The notes beneath the pieces are model-generated. The model was not told the DNA's origin and did no database searches. It was given only the letters and a program-made list of their open reading frames with translations. A stretch of DNA of 64,000 bases, from contig ML978129.1 in assembly GCA_010015805.1 (NCBI GenBank), forward strand, positions 744,001 through 808,000. The letters run 5' to 3'. The first letter of the stretch is position 1; each line of letters starts with the position of its first letter. A program made the translations under genes and the position numbers. This DNA comes from Rhizodiscina lignyota (Eukaryota). Of this stretch, positions 11,551-23,351 are shown one piece after another.

Positions 11551-13005
11551 AGGCCAAACACTATCTTTCCACCGTTAGCCGAAGTTGCGAAGTCCCGGAG
11601 CTTTTGTGTTCGCTGCACCCTCCATCTGCCGCCTCCACATTTTGATCTACGAAGGCCAAGCACCTTTATGCGAGGCGCCGTTTAGAGTGTTACATTAGGC
11701 CTTCTGACGTTGCTTGAGGCAATTTTCCAGCCACTCTGCCACTCGCTCGAGCGACACTGGGTCCACGCTCTCGCTTTTGCTTTCGTATGTGGAGCAGTGG
11801 GCCCACCCAGCTCTTGGGCAATGCAGCAAGGGGAAAAGCGGCGCCGATCATTGGGCAGAGGCATGGATGCAAACATGCACCAGCCAATGCACCGTTTAGA
11901 CATTTTGCGGGAGCAACCCAATCGCCTCTGCCTAGCACCGTTCGGCTGGACGTCTGCTGGCCCGAGTGGCCGTCGGCATACGACTTGTGCGATGAGAAGA
12001 ATTGAAGAGCGGCCAGGCACGAGAGGAGAAGAGAAGGCCATCAACTCAGGCAGAGCATGCGCGCACCCCAGCTGCTGCGACAGCCTGGGCTGGCCTCATA
12101 CCGAGTGTATAGAAAGTCGCTGAGAGCCATTGATAATCACACAACCAACACCCATGACACATACCCACACCCAAGCATCGCTCCAAGCCATCGTTACGCC
12201 AACCTCACCGTTGCGCTATGCTGCCCCCCGACACCCTGCCATCTCGACATCTGCCCCAGGGGCGGCGTGCTAGGGAGACCCGGGCGCCCTCAGGGCTTCC
12301 AGGTGCGCAGCTCGTGGTTTGCGGTGTGCGGGTGGCTCCCATCGGCTGCGCGCTTACGACTGCTCGAATCGCGGCGCACGCACAGCCTTTGCATTCGCAT
12401 CCCACATCTACCTTTACGCATCAGAACATCCTCAATTCCCTTGCCCTGACCGATTCCTGCTGCTCAGCGTGCGTAGACGAGAAACGGCTGGAAAGGGCGG
12501 CGGAGACTAGCACGCACTGGCACGCGCCCCATTCGTCCCATCGCGCTGGTATCTCTGGCTCCCTCGCAGCACGAGCAGCACGGTCCATATCACCAGCGTC
12601 ACCCTGTTTGCGGCTTGAGAGTGCCGCGCCCGGCAATAAAACTGCTACCAAATGACAGGCGCCCCGATCCGACTGGGTCCCCTTTGGATATCAGAAGCAC
12701 CGCTGCTCGTCGATCCACCGCCTCTGTCAGGCTCCCAGGCCGGAGACGCTCAGCTAAAGTGATAAAGCGCCGGTCGGCAGCTCTTCCTGTTCCTGTTACA
12801 CACTCCCCTTCGGAGTTGGCGCCCTCGGTTTGCAAGTCGTGCTGCACGACACACTGCGAGCGCGCCGTTGCGACCTCCCGCCCGCATTCCGCCATACCCC
12901 ACCTTGAATCGCCCTCGACTCTCCCTCTCCGCCGCCTTGGAGCACTAGATACATCCTCCGGACCGAAGCCTTCTTCATCTCCGCCCAGAGGAGCGCGAGT
13001 TTGGC

Positions 13006-16000
13006 ATGACCATGGCTGGTGAAGCTGGAGCGCGGCCTCTGCTGCCTCAGACCGCACAGCTGCAGAGCTATGGCTTCGTACAGCATCCTCAGCCGCGCGA
13101 GCAGCAGCGCAGTATGATATTCACCGCCCCATTGTGCACCACCGCTGGCGACTAATTGCATGCGCCAGATTATGTCTTTGTCGACGAGCACAATCGACAC
13201 AAAAGGCTTAAAGGTAATCGCGTCGCCGTACTTGCCTCCTGCTTTCATCATGTTAACGCAGAACAGTGATGCGCGCATGTGACGGTTGTCGCCGAAGGTG
13301 CGTGATGCTTTGACGCTGAACCGTCTGAATTTCGCCCTCTGACAATTGCCTGCAGAAAGATAAAATGCGATGCGGCGACTACGAATACCTGGCCGTGCGG
13401 AGGTATTATATTACTGACCCGACCATGCTTCAACTTCGCTGACGGACGATTGTATAGCATGCACGCGCCTGAAACTAACATGCGTCCCTCCAACGGTCAG
13501 CTACGAGAAGGACATGTCCGGGAGCCAAACATTCGAAGTAAACCCCCCACAGCAGTATCGCACAGTCGACCATGTGCAGATGTATCAACCGTCCATGCCA
13601 CCGTCCATGCCACCGGCAGCGCCGCCAGGACCTCTTCCCCAGCCAGGCCACATGTCGGCTTCATACTCATCCGCCTTTCCCACATATCAACCTCCTTCCT
13701 ATGTTGATCTCTCTTCGTCCCAGGCCAGCCTTCCATCATACAATTCCGCAGCACCGGCAGCCATACCGAACCAAAATTACACCTACCCACCCCATCAGGC
13801 CTTCGACGCGTCATACCAGCATCCAGCAGGGGATTTGGCGTGGAATGGAGAGTTGGGCACCGACAGTCTCACGGAAGCACTTGGGCAGCTCAACATTGAC
13901 CACACTGGAGTTGGTAAGTTTGCAACTAGCCATGCGATCATCACTTTTCTGCGGAATGAACCTAATCTATTCTAGCTCCATATATCACTCAGCAAAAGAA
14001 GAATTTGGCATCCACTCAGGCAGTCGAGGATTACGAAGCTGATCTGCCTGTACCCCAACATACAAGTTCGGACTACCGGGTCAGAATACCCCAGGAAATG
14101 TTCCCATCGGAGCAACGTGCCCTCCAGTATTTCAAATACTTCTTTGACAACATTCACCCATACTGCCCAGTCATCAACCGTGCAGCCTTCTATCAACAAT
14201 GGCATACCAACAAAGATTCGATATCCGCGCTTCTTCTCGAGGGCATATTTGCATGCTCGTCGTTAGCACTCGAAGGCGCCCAGGCTGGAACGAAATGGCT
14301 CGCGTTAGCTTCAAGTTTGTCTTCCGCGATCTCTTGACCTTGAGTTGTACTGATTCTGTCCAGAACACGAAGACAGCTTCAAAGACGTGGCAAGGCTAAG
14401 CACCATTCAAGCAATGATTATCCTTCTGAAGGCTCGCGAAGCGGTGCCGAAGCGTGGCTACTACTATAGATCTTGGATGACCGTGGTGAGCTCTGTACTC
14501 ATGTCACAGGAACTGGAGCTTCACGAACATCTTGAACTGCACCGTAATGGCATACCTTGCGGCGCTACTCCATCCGAATGTGCGGAGAAGACTAGAATAT
14601 GGCATATGCTATTCATCCTTGAGATTATGGTTGGAGGACCTCAAGGTTGGTATTCCAAATGCATTTGATTATACGAATGTTTACTAAGTTCCCCAGGCCG
14701 CCGCGATTTTCGCGTCGAGGCAGACACTATCGATTTCAACGAACCGACCAACATTCCCGGATTTGACGAAGCAGAGTTTCAGATATCGCGTCAATTCACA
14801 TACTTGATACGCATTGCCAAGAACATTAAAGAAACAAATCTCATGTGGCAAACTCTTAGAAAGAGGAGGAAGGACTGGGGTCTCGATCCGGCATTCGTGG
14901 CTCATAATCAAGTCTATGTGAACTGGATCCGTGATCTTCCCCGAGACATGCAAATTCAAATGCCGGCAGATGGATCACTCCCTTGGATGCCTTCCCATTA
15001 TATCGGCCAGCTGCATTGTTATTACTATCTCAGTGTTATCATGCACCACCGGCCGCAAATACACTTCTTATCCGATGCTGGTGATCCTGGATGGAAATCG
15101 CATATGATGCTCTGCTACAACTCTGCCAAGGCAATGTGCAGACTACAAGAGGCGATCATTCAAAAGTATGGCCTTGATGCACTCTCTTGCATGCAACGAG
15201 GGATCAGCTTCACCATATACTGTGTACTTACGTGCACTATGCTTCACCTTGTAAGTCTCGTCGCCTCAAATAGTACGATTCCCGTCTTAGGCTAACTGAG
15301 CTTTCTAGGCCGCCATAACCGCTCCCGATCCAGAGCTCAACAGTGAAGCACCAGACTATTTCGTCCGACACATGCAGATACTAGAGCAATGCGTACCACA
15401 CTGGGACATGCCAGAAATGCATGCCCAGATCAACGCCCTCCGCGAAGCGTTTTCTGCCGACACTTCAAAACCATTTGCACTTAAACCGTCCTTCCCTCAC
15501 GGTAGTCCTCCAGCACATCGAGCTTCACAATCTCCTCCATTCCCAGCGGATGCCTCCGCACCATATGGTTCTCATGCTGCAGTCTCAGGAGCAGCGCACG
15601 ACGTGCCCCTCGACTCAGCACCAGGTCAGGTCCCACCAGCGTCTGTTTCGTACCCAAGTTCGCATCCAATTACTCCGCCCATCAGCACGACGGACTCGGA
15701 GCCGAAGACTGACTCTCCCGTAGGTCAGCAGTCTTTGGTGTCTATGGGCGCAACAACGGCTGGCGCCACCGGACAATTGATAGGCGCGACGGGGCCGAGA
15801 GTGCCGACGTCAGTAGCGCCGCAGGAACAGGCGCAGTGGAATCCTACGAGGATCTTTGAGTACGTCTCTATTGCTGAAGCAAAATAAAAGCGTCATGCTA
15901 AAAAAGAACAGTCAATGGACCGCCGCATTCACACCAACCCCCGGTGCTAACCAACAACAATCCCCTCCGCCTATGCGCCAACAAAGTGGCACATACGACC

Positions 16001-16266
16001 CACGCGGCAATCCAACTGACAGCTCAACATATGCACCGCAAACACAGACGACACCCACACAGCCAACAGGCAGCTACTCACCACACTCAAGCCAAGTCAA
16101 CCCACCTCAAGCACAGCAGGCCGCTTATCAAGCTCCCATTAACAGCTACGTTTCTCCAGGACAATGGCAAGATCTCGTTGCTAGCAGTTTCGGCGATGGC
16201 CGGCTAAAGAGGAGTTGGGACTACGGGGGAATGGACATGGGTGGCATGGCGAAAAGACCGAGATAA
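13006..16266 (+). CDS. Zn(II)2Cys6 fungal transcription factor with fungal-specific TF middle domain
   Basis: ATG 13006 (MTMAGEAGARPLLPQ). Short exons (introns 13112-13168, 13214-13266 and two more before about 13457) splice to NYVFVDEHNRHKRLKVMRACDGCRRRKIKCDAATTNTWPCGACTRLKLTC. Later exons carry YFFDNIHPYCPVIN and TIQAMIILLK...RIWHMLFILE. Basic C-terminus AKRPR. Confidence 0.9.
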
Positions 16267-17058
16267 CACGAGGGGTTGACGATGGGGACAAGAACTTGCA
16301 ATCTGTTGTCATGCGTCCTCATCGTCGCTTGTTTCCACGCTTTCCATTTTTTTGGGTTTCACGTAAACTCGATATGACTTCGCAGTCTTTGAGGAAAAAG
16401 TCACTTTGATGGCCCCCCCTTGTACTTCTACCAACCCTACCCCTGTCGCTACCCGCAGAAGCACACCACAGTACATACTGCACGACTATCATGTGTCACG
16501 CGTCCCCTCTCTGCGTTTGCATCCGGCTACTGTCGTCTGATTTGTTCACTACTCCCTCCCCTATGCACTTGTTTCCTCCCCCGGAGCATGTTACACACGG
16601 CCGAGCAATCGTTTCGTTTTTTACGGTGGGCAATTGGAGCATTAGGCTTGGAAATACTGGGTTCACCTGGGCACGCCGTATACCCCCCCTTTTGGAGTCG
16701 TTTCGAGAATGGAATTCCTGAGACTCTCTTTGTAATTGTAGGACATTGGTTACTACACGCGTGCGGACAAACTGGACATAAAAAAACGCACGACATTGGA
16801 ATTAGATCAAATATGCGTATTTGAGCTCTCCTCAAGTCTTTTTTTCAATTTGCACTGTATTGTTCCTAATTTTAGGGATACGTGATACAAAGTCGATCGT
16901 TTGATGGGTGTCCATCGTCATCAGGTGAGCTTCTGATTACCATACAGTGCCGGAAGGGGGCCACTCGACTGCGCTTGACATGCTGAGATACTATAACAAT
17001 TCCATAAATGGCCTGGTCGGCCATGAGCCAAAACAGTGACGCCCGTAATAGCATACAA

Positions 17059-20000
17059 TTATTCACATTCAGGGCACTCGAACCTTTCGCCCTCGCCCTC
17101 GCCCTCGTGCTCACCCTCGATCTTCCCTCTGCTCGCCATTAGACAGCTCCGGTGCGCGATATGCCCGCATGCAAACACCACCAACGGGCCAGAGCCGGGC
17201 TGCGCATCTCGATCCTTCCCCTCGCCCTCCTGCACCGCCTTGGCGCCCTCACTTTCCTTCCCCTTCCCCCTCGACGCCGTCTCTCCGTTCCCCGCGCCCA
17301 CGGCAGCCTCGACCCTCCTCCGTCGCCGCTCGCCCTCCTCCTCGCGCTTCTGCTCCCACTCCTCCCAGATGCCTCCCCCGGCGCCAGGCCCCCACACCCT
17401 CCGCCCACACACCTCGCACACCGCGCTCTTGGGCCGCCAGCCCATGACGCGCCGCTCGTAGCCCTCGCGCACGTTGCCGAACACGTCCTTGTCGAGGAAG
17501 GCGTTGGACAGCTCGAGGATGGTGCTCTCGAACGTGTACGCGGCGAAGATGTCGGCCAGCACGGCGCGCAGGTCCGACAGCGTGGGGAGGCGCGCGCTCG
17601 CGCGAGTCAGGAAGCAGCGCAGGATGAGGAGGAACGACGGGTTCGACTGAGCTTGCTGATGCTGCTGCTGCACGTGCTTTGGCGTTGTCTGCGGAGGGGG
17701 TGAGGTGGATGGGGCGACATCGGAGGAGGTGGCGGCCGCGGTGGCGAGGGCGTCGGCGGCGACGGCTTTCGCGCGCCCGACGCGATGCGAGTGCTCTGGC
17801 TTCGCGAAGGAGGTTGTAGATGCGAGGAGGGCAGAGAAGGTCTGCTGCACGGCGCTGCGCATGGCCGAGGTGATCTGCGCTGTGTTCAGTGCACTCGGCT
17901 CACCATCGGCGGAGGAGGCCTCGACGTCGGTCGCGGCAGCAGTTACGTCCTTTGTCACTGCCACGATAGCGTCGACGAGCTCCAGCCAGAGCCTCTCGTC
18001 CTTCTCGAGGTCGTCCTCGCTTACGGCGGCCGATCTCTGCGTCGCTGCCGCGTTCCTCCTGCTGCTGTTGGGCGGCCGGTCTCGCGCTGACATGCGCGTC
18101 TGGCCCTGGCAGAGCCAGATGCCTACTTTGCAGTACTTGTCGACCTTGTCGAGCAAGTCGCTAGTGGCCTCTTCCGTGTTCGCCATGTCGGGGCTCTCAT
18201 TGGCACCTTCGATCAAGCTAATCAGCGCAGCCTGCAGAGTACCCATGTACTTGACCAGCCTCGCCATGGCATCCTCTACAAGACCATCACGAGCCATCAG
18301 GACGACAGCTGCATCGATAGCCTCGCTCTTCTCCATGGCCGGGAGCACGCGGTCCAAGCGGAGGTCGCCAGACTTCAGCAGAGTGACGTAGTCGGCGACG
18401 TGGGACGGGTTGAATTTGCACATGAGCTGCACATATCTCTCTTCGAATTGCTTCTCCAGCACCTGTGTGTCCACGTGTGAGACATGCCCCGCCGGTTCGG
18501 GCTCCAATACAGTCTGCAGCATCGTGAACTGGGCGCGCTCGTCGTCATCAAGAGCACCCGCGACCTTCTCGAACAAGCTTGGCGCGTAAGTTGCCAATAT
18601 TTGTGCGCTGCGTACTGCGTCGATTGACGCAAGGTCTTTTGCGTGACTAAGAAGCACGTTGTGCACATCCCGGAGTTGCTTGTTCGTGAGCCCGCTGCCT
18701 GGCCGTAGGACGTTGGTGACGTTATCAAAAACCGAATCTGGGTTTTGGGTGTCGGCAAAGCAAGTCTCCAGCAGCTTCGCATATTCCTTCGCGCCTCTGT
18801 AGACGGACTTGAGTACGCGATAGAACCGGGCATGGGTGAAGAGGGGAATGAGGCTGGCGATATCGGAAGGGTGATACTGGGAAAGCAAGTATTCGACGCT
18901 AAGCTCGCAGTCTGCAGCTAGTTCATCGGATGGATAGTGACAAAGCCCTTCCAAGGTCCGGTGGAGTGCAGATCCGGGGAGTATGATAAATTGCGGGAAC
19001 TTTGGGAGGTTCCTTGCGATGAACATGTCCAGATAGATACTGTCCTCGGGTCCGAAGTCCTCGCTTGCCATAACATCTATGAGAATGCTGATGATGGTTT
19101 GCCTGGTGGGTAACATTGACATCGACGTTCGCTTGTTGGTCTCAATCCCATTGATAGCCTCTCCGTTTTGCATGCTGTTATTTGGCGCGTTGAGAAAACT
19201 GTCCTCAAAGGCTTCATTGAGCATGCTCATAAAACTGCTTGAGTCATAATCAAGCAGAGCACGTAGATATGGATATGTCGACTCGCTGGTCGCTTTTGTA
19301 GAGAAAATGTTTCCGCTACCAGGAGGCCATTCCCGCTCTCGTCCAGAGAAAATGAATCTGTATAGATCGGCCTTCGCCTTGTCAGCCTCTTCGTCGGGCA
19401 TTATGTCGCCCCTGGGGTATCGCCGTCCAGTGAAGCAGAATGCAAGGTAAGGAAAGACTTTCGTAATCGACCTTTCGTATTGAGTTGGGATGTCTCCGTC
19501 GCCGAAGACGTCCAGTAGCTCCAAAACCTCGGTGAGTGGACTGATATAGTCACTCAAAGCCCGATTATAAATGTAGACTAGGGCATCAAAGAGTTGATAT
19601 TGCTTGCAAAGGGTGAGTGTGTGATCAATATCCAGAGTAGATGTATCGAGGCGGCAGAGCATATCTTCGAGTCGACTTGCTCGGTCCAGAGATGCATAGT
19701 GGGTGATGAGCGCTTGCATCACATCGGGGGGCATCGAGGTAATGCTTTCTTCGAGGATATAAGGCTCTAGAGTCTCGAAGAAGACATCTTCATGCGAAGC
19801 CTCTGAGAACTTCTCATACACTTCTTCGAAGAGAAAGTCTACCTCGTCCATACTTGTGCACGCGCTGAAACATGCAGAGGCAAGTTCATCAACATGAACT
19901 TTGGTGAGCTCGCCATTCCTTCGTTCGTCTTGATCAGGGAACGTGTATTTCAACGACGCAATGATCATCTCCAATAGTCGTTCGCGAACCAAGTCATGTC

Positions 20001-22033
20001 GGGCGGTAGCATCGTCAGGGAGGCCGACAGTAAGCTTATCAGCTTCTCCAGTGTAGTATGCACTAGCCAGTTGGATTGCAGCAATGAAATTCCCTTCCTC
20101 CATCAAAGCTACCAATCGATCTGCCCAGTTCGAAAGAGTTCCCATTGCCACATCTTCAAAGCCAAGCAGAAATAGCCGTCCCTTGTAAGCTTTGAAGCTC
20201 ATGTGGAAGGCATCTGCAACTACGCCGTGCATTGATGAGTCTTCTTCATCAAGCTGTTCAACCACTGGGTGTAACTGTTTCGAGAACACATCCCGATGGA
20301 AAATGTGCTTCTGTATCAGGTCATATGAGTCTGTAACTCGTAGACCGTTATCCTCAAGGATAACTAAACGCTGGCTGATCGTGAGCACGCCCAAAACAGA
20401 CCTGCTCAGCCACTGAACAGCAACGATAGCTTCGTCATTTTTCCACCGACTTCGAGGGCGAAAATCAAGCTCCGGCGGCCTGTCTTCTTCCGGGGCCAGA
20501 GAGACGTCGACTTCGAGGATGGTGAGAACATTAGACCAACAGTAAGCAAGCTTACTTTTGGAAACGCCTTTCTGCTGTCCACTTGCAGCATTCTTTAGCT
20601 TGACCGCTGGAAACCAAGCGAGGCAGCCGCTGAGTGTGCTGTGTGGGGCTACTTCCTTGGGACGAGGCGCTTTATGCTGTGTTTGTGCGATTGGAGTCGT
20701 CGAGACAATCACTAAGAGGTATGGCGTTAGAAGTGCAGTTAATCCTAAGTTATCTGTCGGCTGCTCAACGTTTCCAAGAGGGAGAGGGCCAAAAGCCAAG
20801 ACAGAACTCGGTTTCCGAGGCCGCTCGTTGGATCCAGCAATTGGAGGATAGCGTCCCAAGATTCGGGTAGTCTTGACGATTCTTCCTACAGAGCCAAGGC
20901 CTCTTGTTGCAAGATGTGAGAATGCCATACCACCTTCATCAGCAGACACCAATGCCGTATGTCGAGTGCCCAAGAAGCCCACATGCAAAATTGCCTTGTC
21001 AAACACGTGACCATCACTTCGCCGATTTTCTAGTTGAGATGCAGGCAAAGGAGGGATGTGCAGAAATGGCTTGGCTGGTCGAGCCACCTCCCATGTGAAT
21101 ATATGCCCGGATGAATGACCTCCAGCAACCGTGCTGTGGTCCGCAGATATTGCTAGCGAGGTGACGGCTCCGGATTCCACAGCTTTGGTTCCGAGTCCAA
21201 TAGTCGCAACAAGAGTTTGGTGGTAGTCGAAAACCAAGATTAAGCCCTTTGATGTGCCAATGACAATGGAATTGGCGACAGCAAGGCAAGACGGTCTGCC
21301 ATAATTTCTCCGCCCAATCTCTGAGAACGCAGTCCCTGTGAGTTTCTTGAGCTTAATCCACCGGACTACTTCCCAGGGAGCCTGGACCTCTTCTGAAGAT
21401 GTTTGATCGGGTATTCGAACGCTCACAAGCGTTGCAAGCGAAGACTGTCTGGAATGCGATCCTAAAAAGGCTGGAGAGGATGATCGCGAATGTGGAGTGG
21501 AGCTGCCAAACTGTGCTGAAAAGCGCCTGTCAAATGGTTGTAGTGAACCAGGTCGTCGAGTTCGCGCTACCGAAAGCTGGGAGACGCTTCCAGGAGATGA
21601 TAACAGGGAACCCTAGAACTGAACGTTAGCAATAGCTGTCACTAGCGTAACAATTCAAGATTCATACGCGACGTGATGGCGTGTCATCTGGTGTGGATGG
21701 AGTCCCCGGGCGGTCTTCCAACGCAATTGAAGCCTGGGCTTGAGCATCTTCTGCCTCTGCACTCTCCATCTCTTTCGCTTTATGATATGCAACCCCACGC
21801 AGTGATGCATTGCTTTCCTGTCCATTTGTCTCATCCGTGAACAGCTCCTCTTGGTGTAGTATTTGCGAGAGAGGTGATCTCGACGGCTCCCGTGATGGTA
21901 ATTCGGGTCCATCATGGCTGTCTGCTAGTAGGCTATCTGCAGACTGAGCGTCATCGACGAGTCGTTTCCCGTGCTTGGTCTCCGCTATATCCTCGCCATC
22001 GCTCGCACTGTCCTCTCCAGAGATGGAGCTCAT
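17059..22033 (-). CDS. VPS8: CORVET complex subunit Vps8
   Basis: ATG 22033. Intron 21667-21613 joins in frame to the 1455-aa ORF: WD40-like region (GTSKGLILVFDY), alpha-solenoid (LSNWADRL, FFETLEPYIL) and C-terminal RING-like C..C / CGH..H..C / CPEC. Confidence 0.92.
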
Positions 22034-22464
22034 CTGGGCCGATTATTGCTGCGCATTGCTCCAGCCATGCGCAGGTAAGGTATGGATTGGTATAGCCCTC
22101 AATTATAATAACCTGGCGTTCGACATCGTACTAGAGAGAGAGTTGGAGGGACAATTCGCGAATTACGTCGGCCTTGGGGAGGGTAGGGCGGAACTGCTGT
22201 TGGATACTACGAAGCTGTTTCGAAGAATGAGATAGACAGGTTCCGACGCACTCTTCACCCTTAGGCACCCTTTTCCTCGAAATGGCCGTTCGAACTGTAC
22301 GGCGTAGTCTTACGAATCCTACCACCTTGCGCCTCAAGCAGAGCTTCATCCAACTGCCTGCCATCGGCCGGCTAAACTCCGGCAAAAGCCACCGCCCCGT
22401 ACATCACCACTTCCGCTCACTTGCAACCACAAACTGTCCAGGTCACTCCTTCTTCACCGTGACA

Positions 22465-23286
22465 ATGCCTACGATAGGTCCAACACTTCCACCGCATCTG
22501 CAATCGAAGCGGAAGCACGAAGATGAAGACGAAGATGAATCATCGGATGAAGAGTCCGTTAGAAAACCGCAAAGTCCCAACGGCGACAAGCGACGCAAAG
22601 TGGTCGGCCCAGCTCCACCGCCTGCGCCCTTAGATGAAAGACCACCCCAGGGCCCCGACAGCGAGGGCGATTCTAGCAGCGAAGACGATTACGGTCCAGC
22701 GCTACCTACTGGTCCTCCACCTCTGGCGAGCTCAAACAATGACAGAATAGGCCCGCAAGCGCCACCTCCGGAGCCAGAGCAGAAGGCGTCCGCACGAGTG
22801 GCAAGAGATTCATGGATGCTTAATCCGCCACAGCAAGATGATCTTGCCGCGCGCATGGATCCAACCAAAATACGAGCGCGGAAATTCAACACGGGGAAAG
22901 GTGCGCGAGGGCCGACGCAAGGTTCCAAGGAAATCGACTCGATATGGACAGAGACGCCCGAGCAGAAAGTGAAGCGCTTGAGAGATGAGATGATGGGGGT
23001 ATCGAAGGCAAAGACCGGGCCAGAAGCTAGTCGGGTGGCCAATAAGAAGGAAGACCAAGAGACTGCGAGGAGGCTACGAGAGCAGTCAGAAAAATCAAGG
23101 GGCGAATCACTATTTGAGCAGCATAAAAAGATGAATAAGAAGGAGGAGGATGATCCAAGTAAAAGAGCATTTGATTACCAGAAGGACATGGCTGGTGGAA
23201 CGAAGATAGGTCATGCGCAGAGGAAGGAGATATTGAATCGGGCAAAGGACTTTGAGTCGAAATTCTCGTCAGGAGGGTTTCTATGA
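22465..23286 (+). CDS. DUF3752 / GPALPP-motif protein
   Basis: MPTIGPTLPPHL, GPAPPP, YGPALP, RDSWMLNPP, IWTETPEQK, DDPSKRAFDYQKDM and a C-terminal FSSGGFL. Confidence 0.85.
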   Translation: MPTIGPTLPPHLQSKRKHEDEDEDESSDEESVRKPQSPNGDKRRKVVGPAPPPAPLDERPPQGPDSEGDSSSEDDYGPALPTGPPPLASSNNDRIGPQAPPPEPEQKASARVARDSWMLNPPQQDDLAARMDPTKIRARKFNTGKGARGPTQGSKEIDSIWTETPEQKVKRLRDEMMGVSKAKTGPEASRVANKKEDQETARRLREQSEKSRGESLFEQHKKMNKKEEDDPSKRAFDYQKDMAGGTKIGHAQRKEILNRAKDFESKFSSGGFL

Positions 23287-23351
23287 TACCCACGTTTTAC
23301 GCTGTGCAAATGATAGTCATTTGCATCATCAAGCAGATTTTCCAGTATTCA

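Noticed and set aside
11588..11600. GAAGTCCCGG resembling RNase MRP CR-I
   Set aside because: No matching CR-V/P4 partner is visible downstream.
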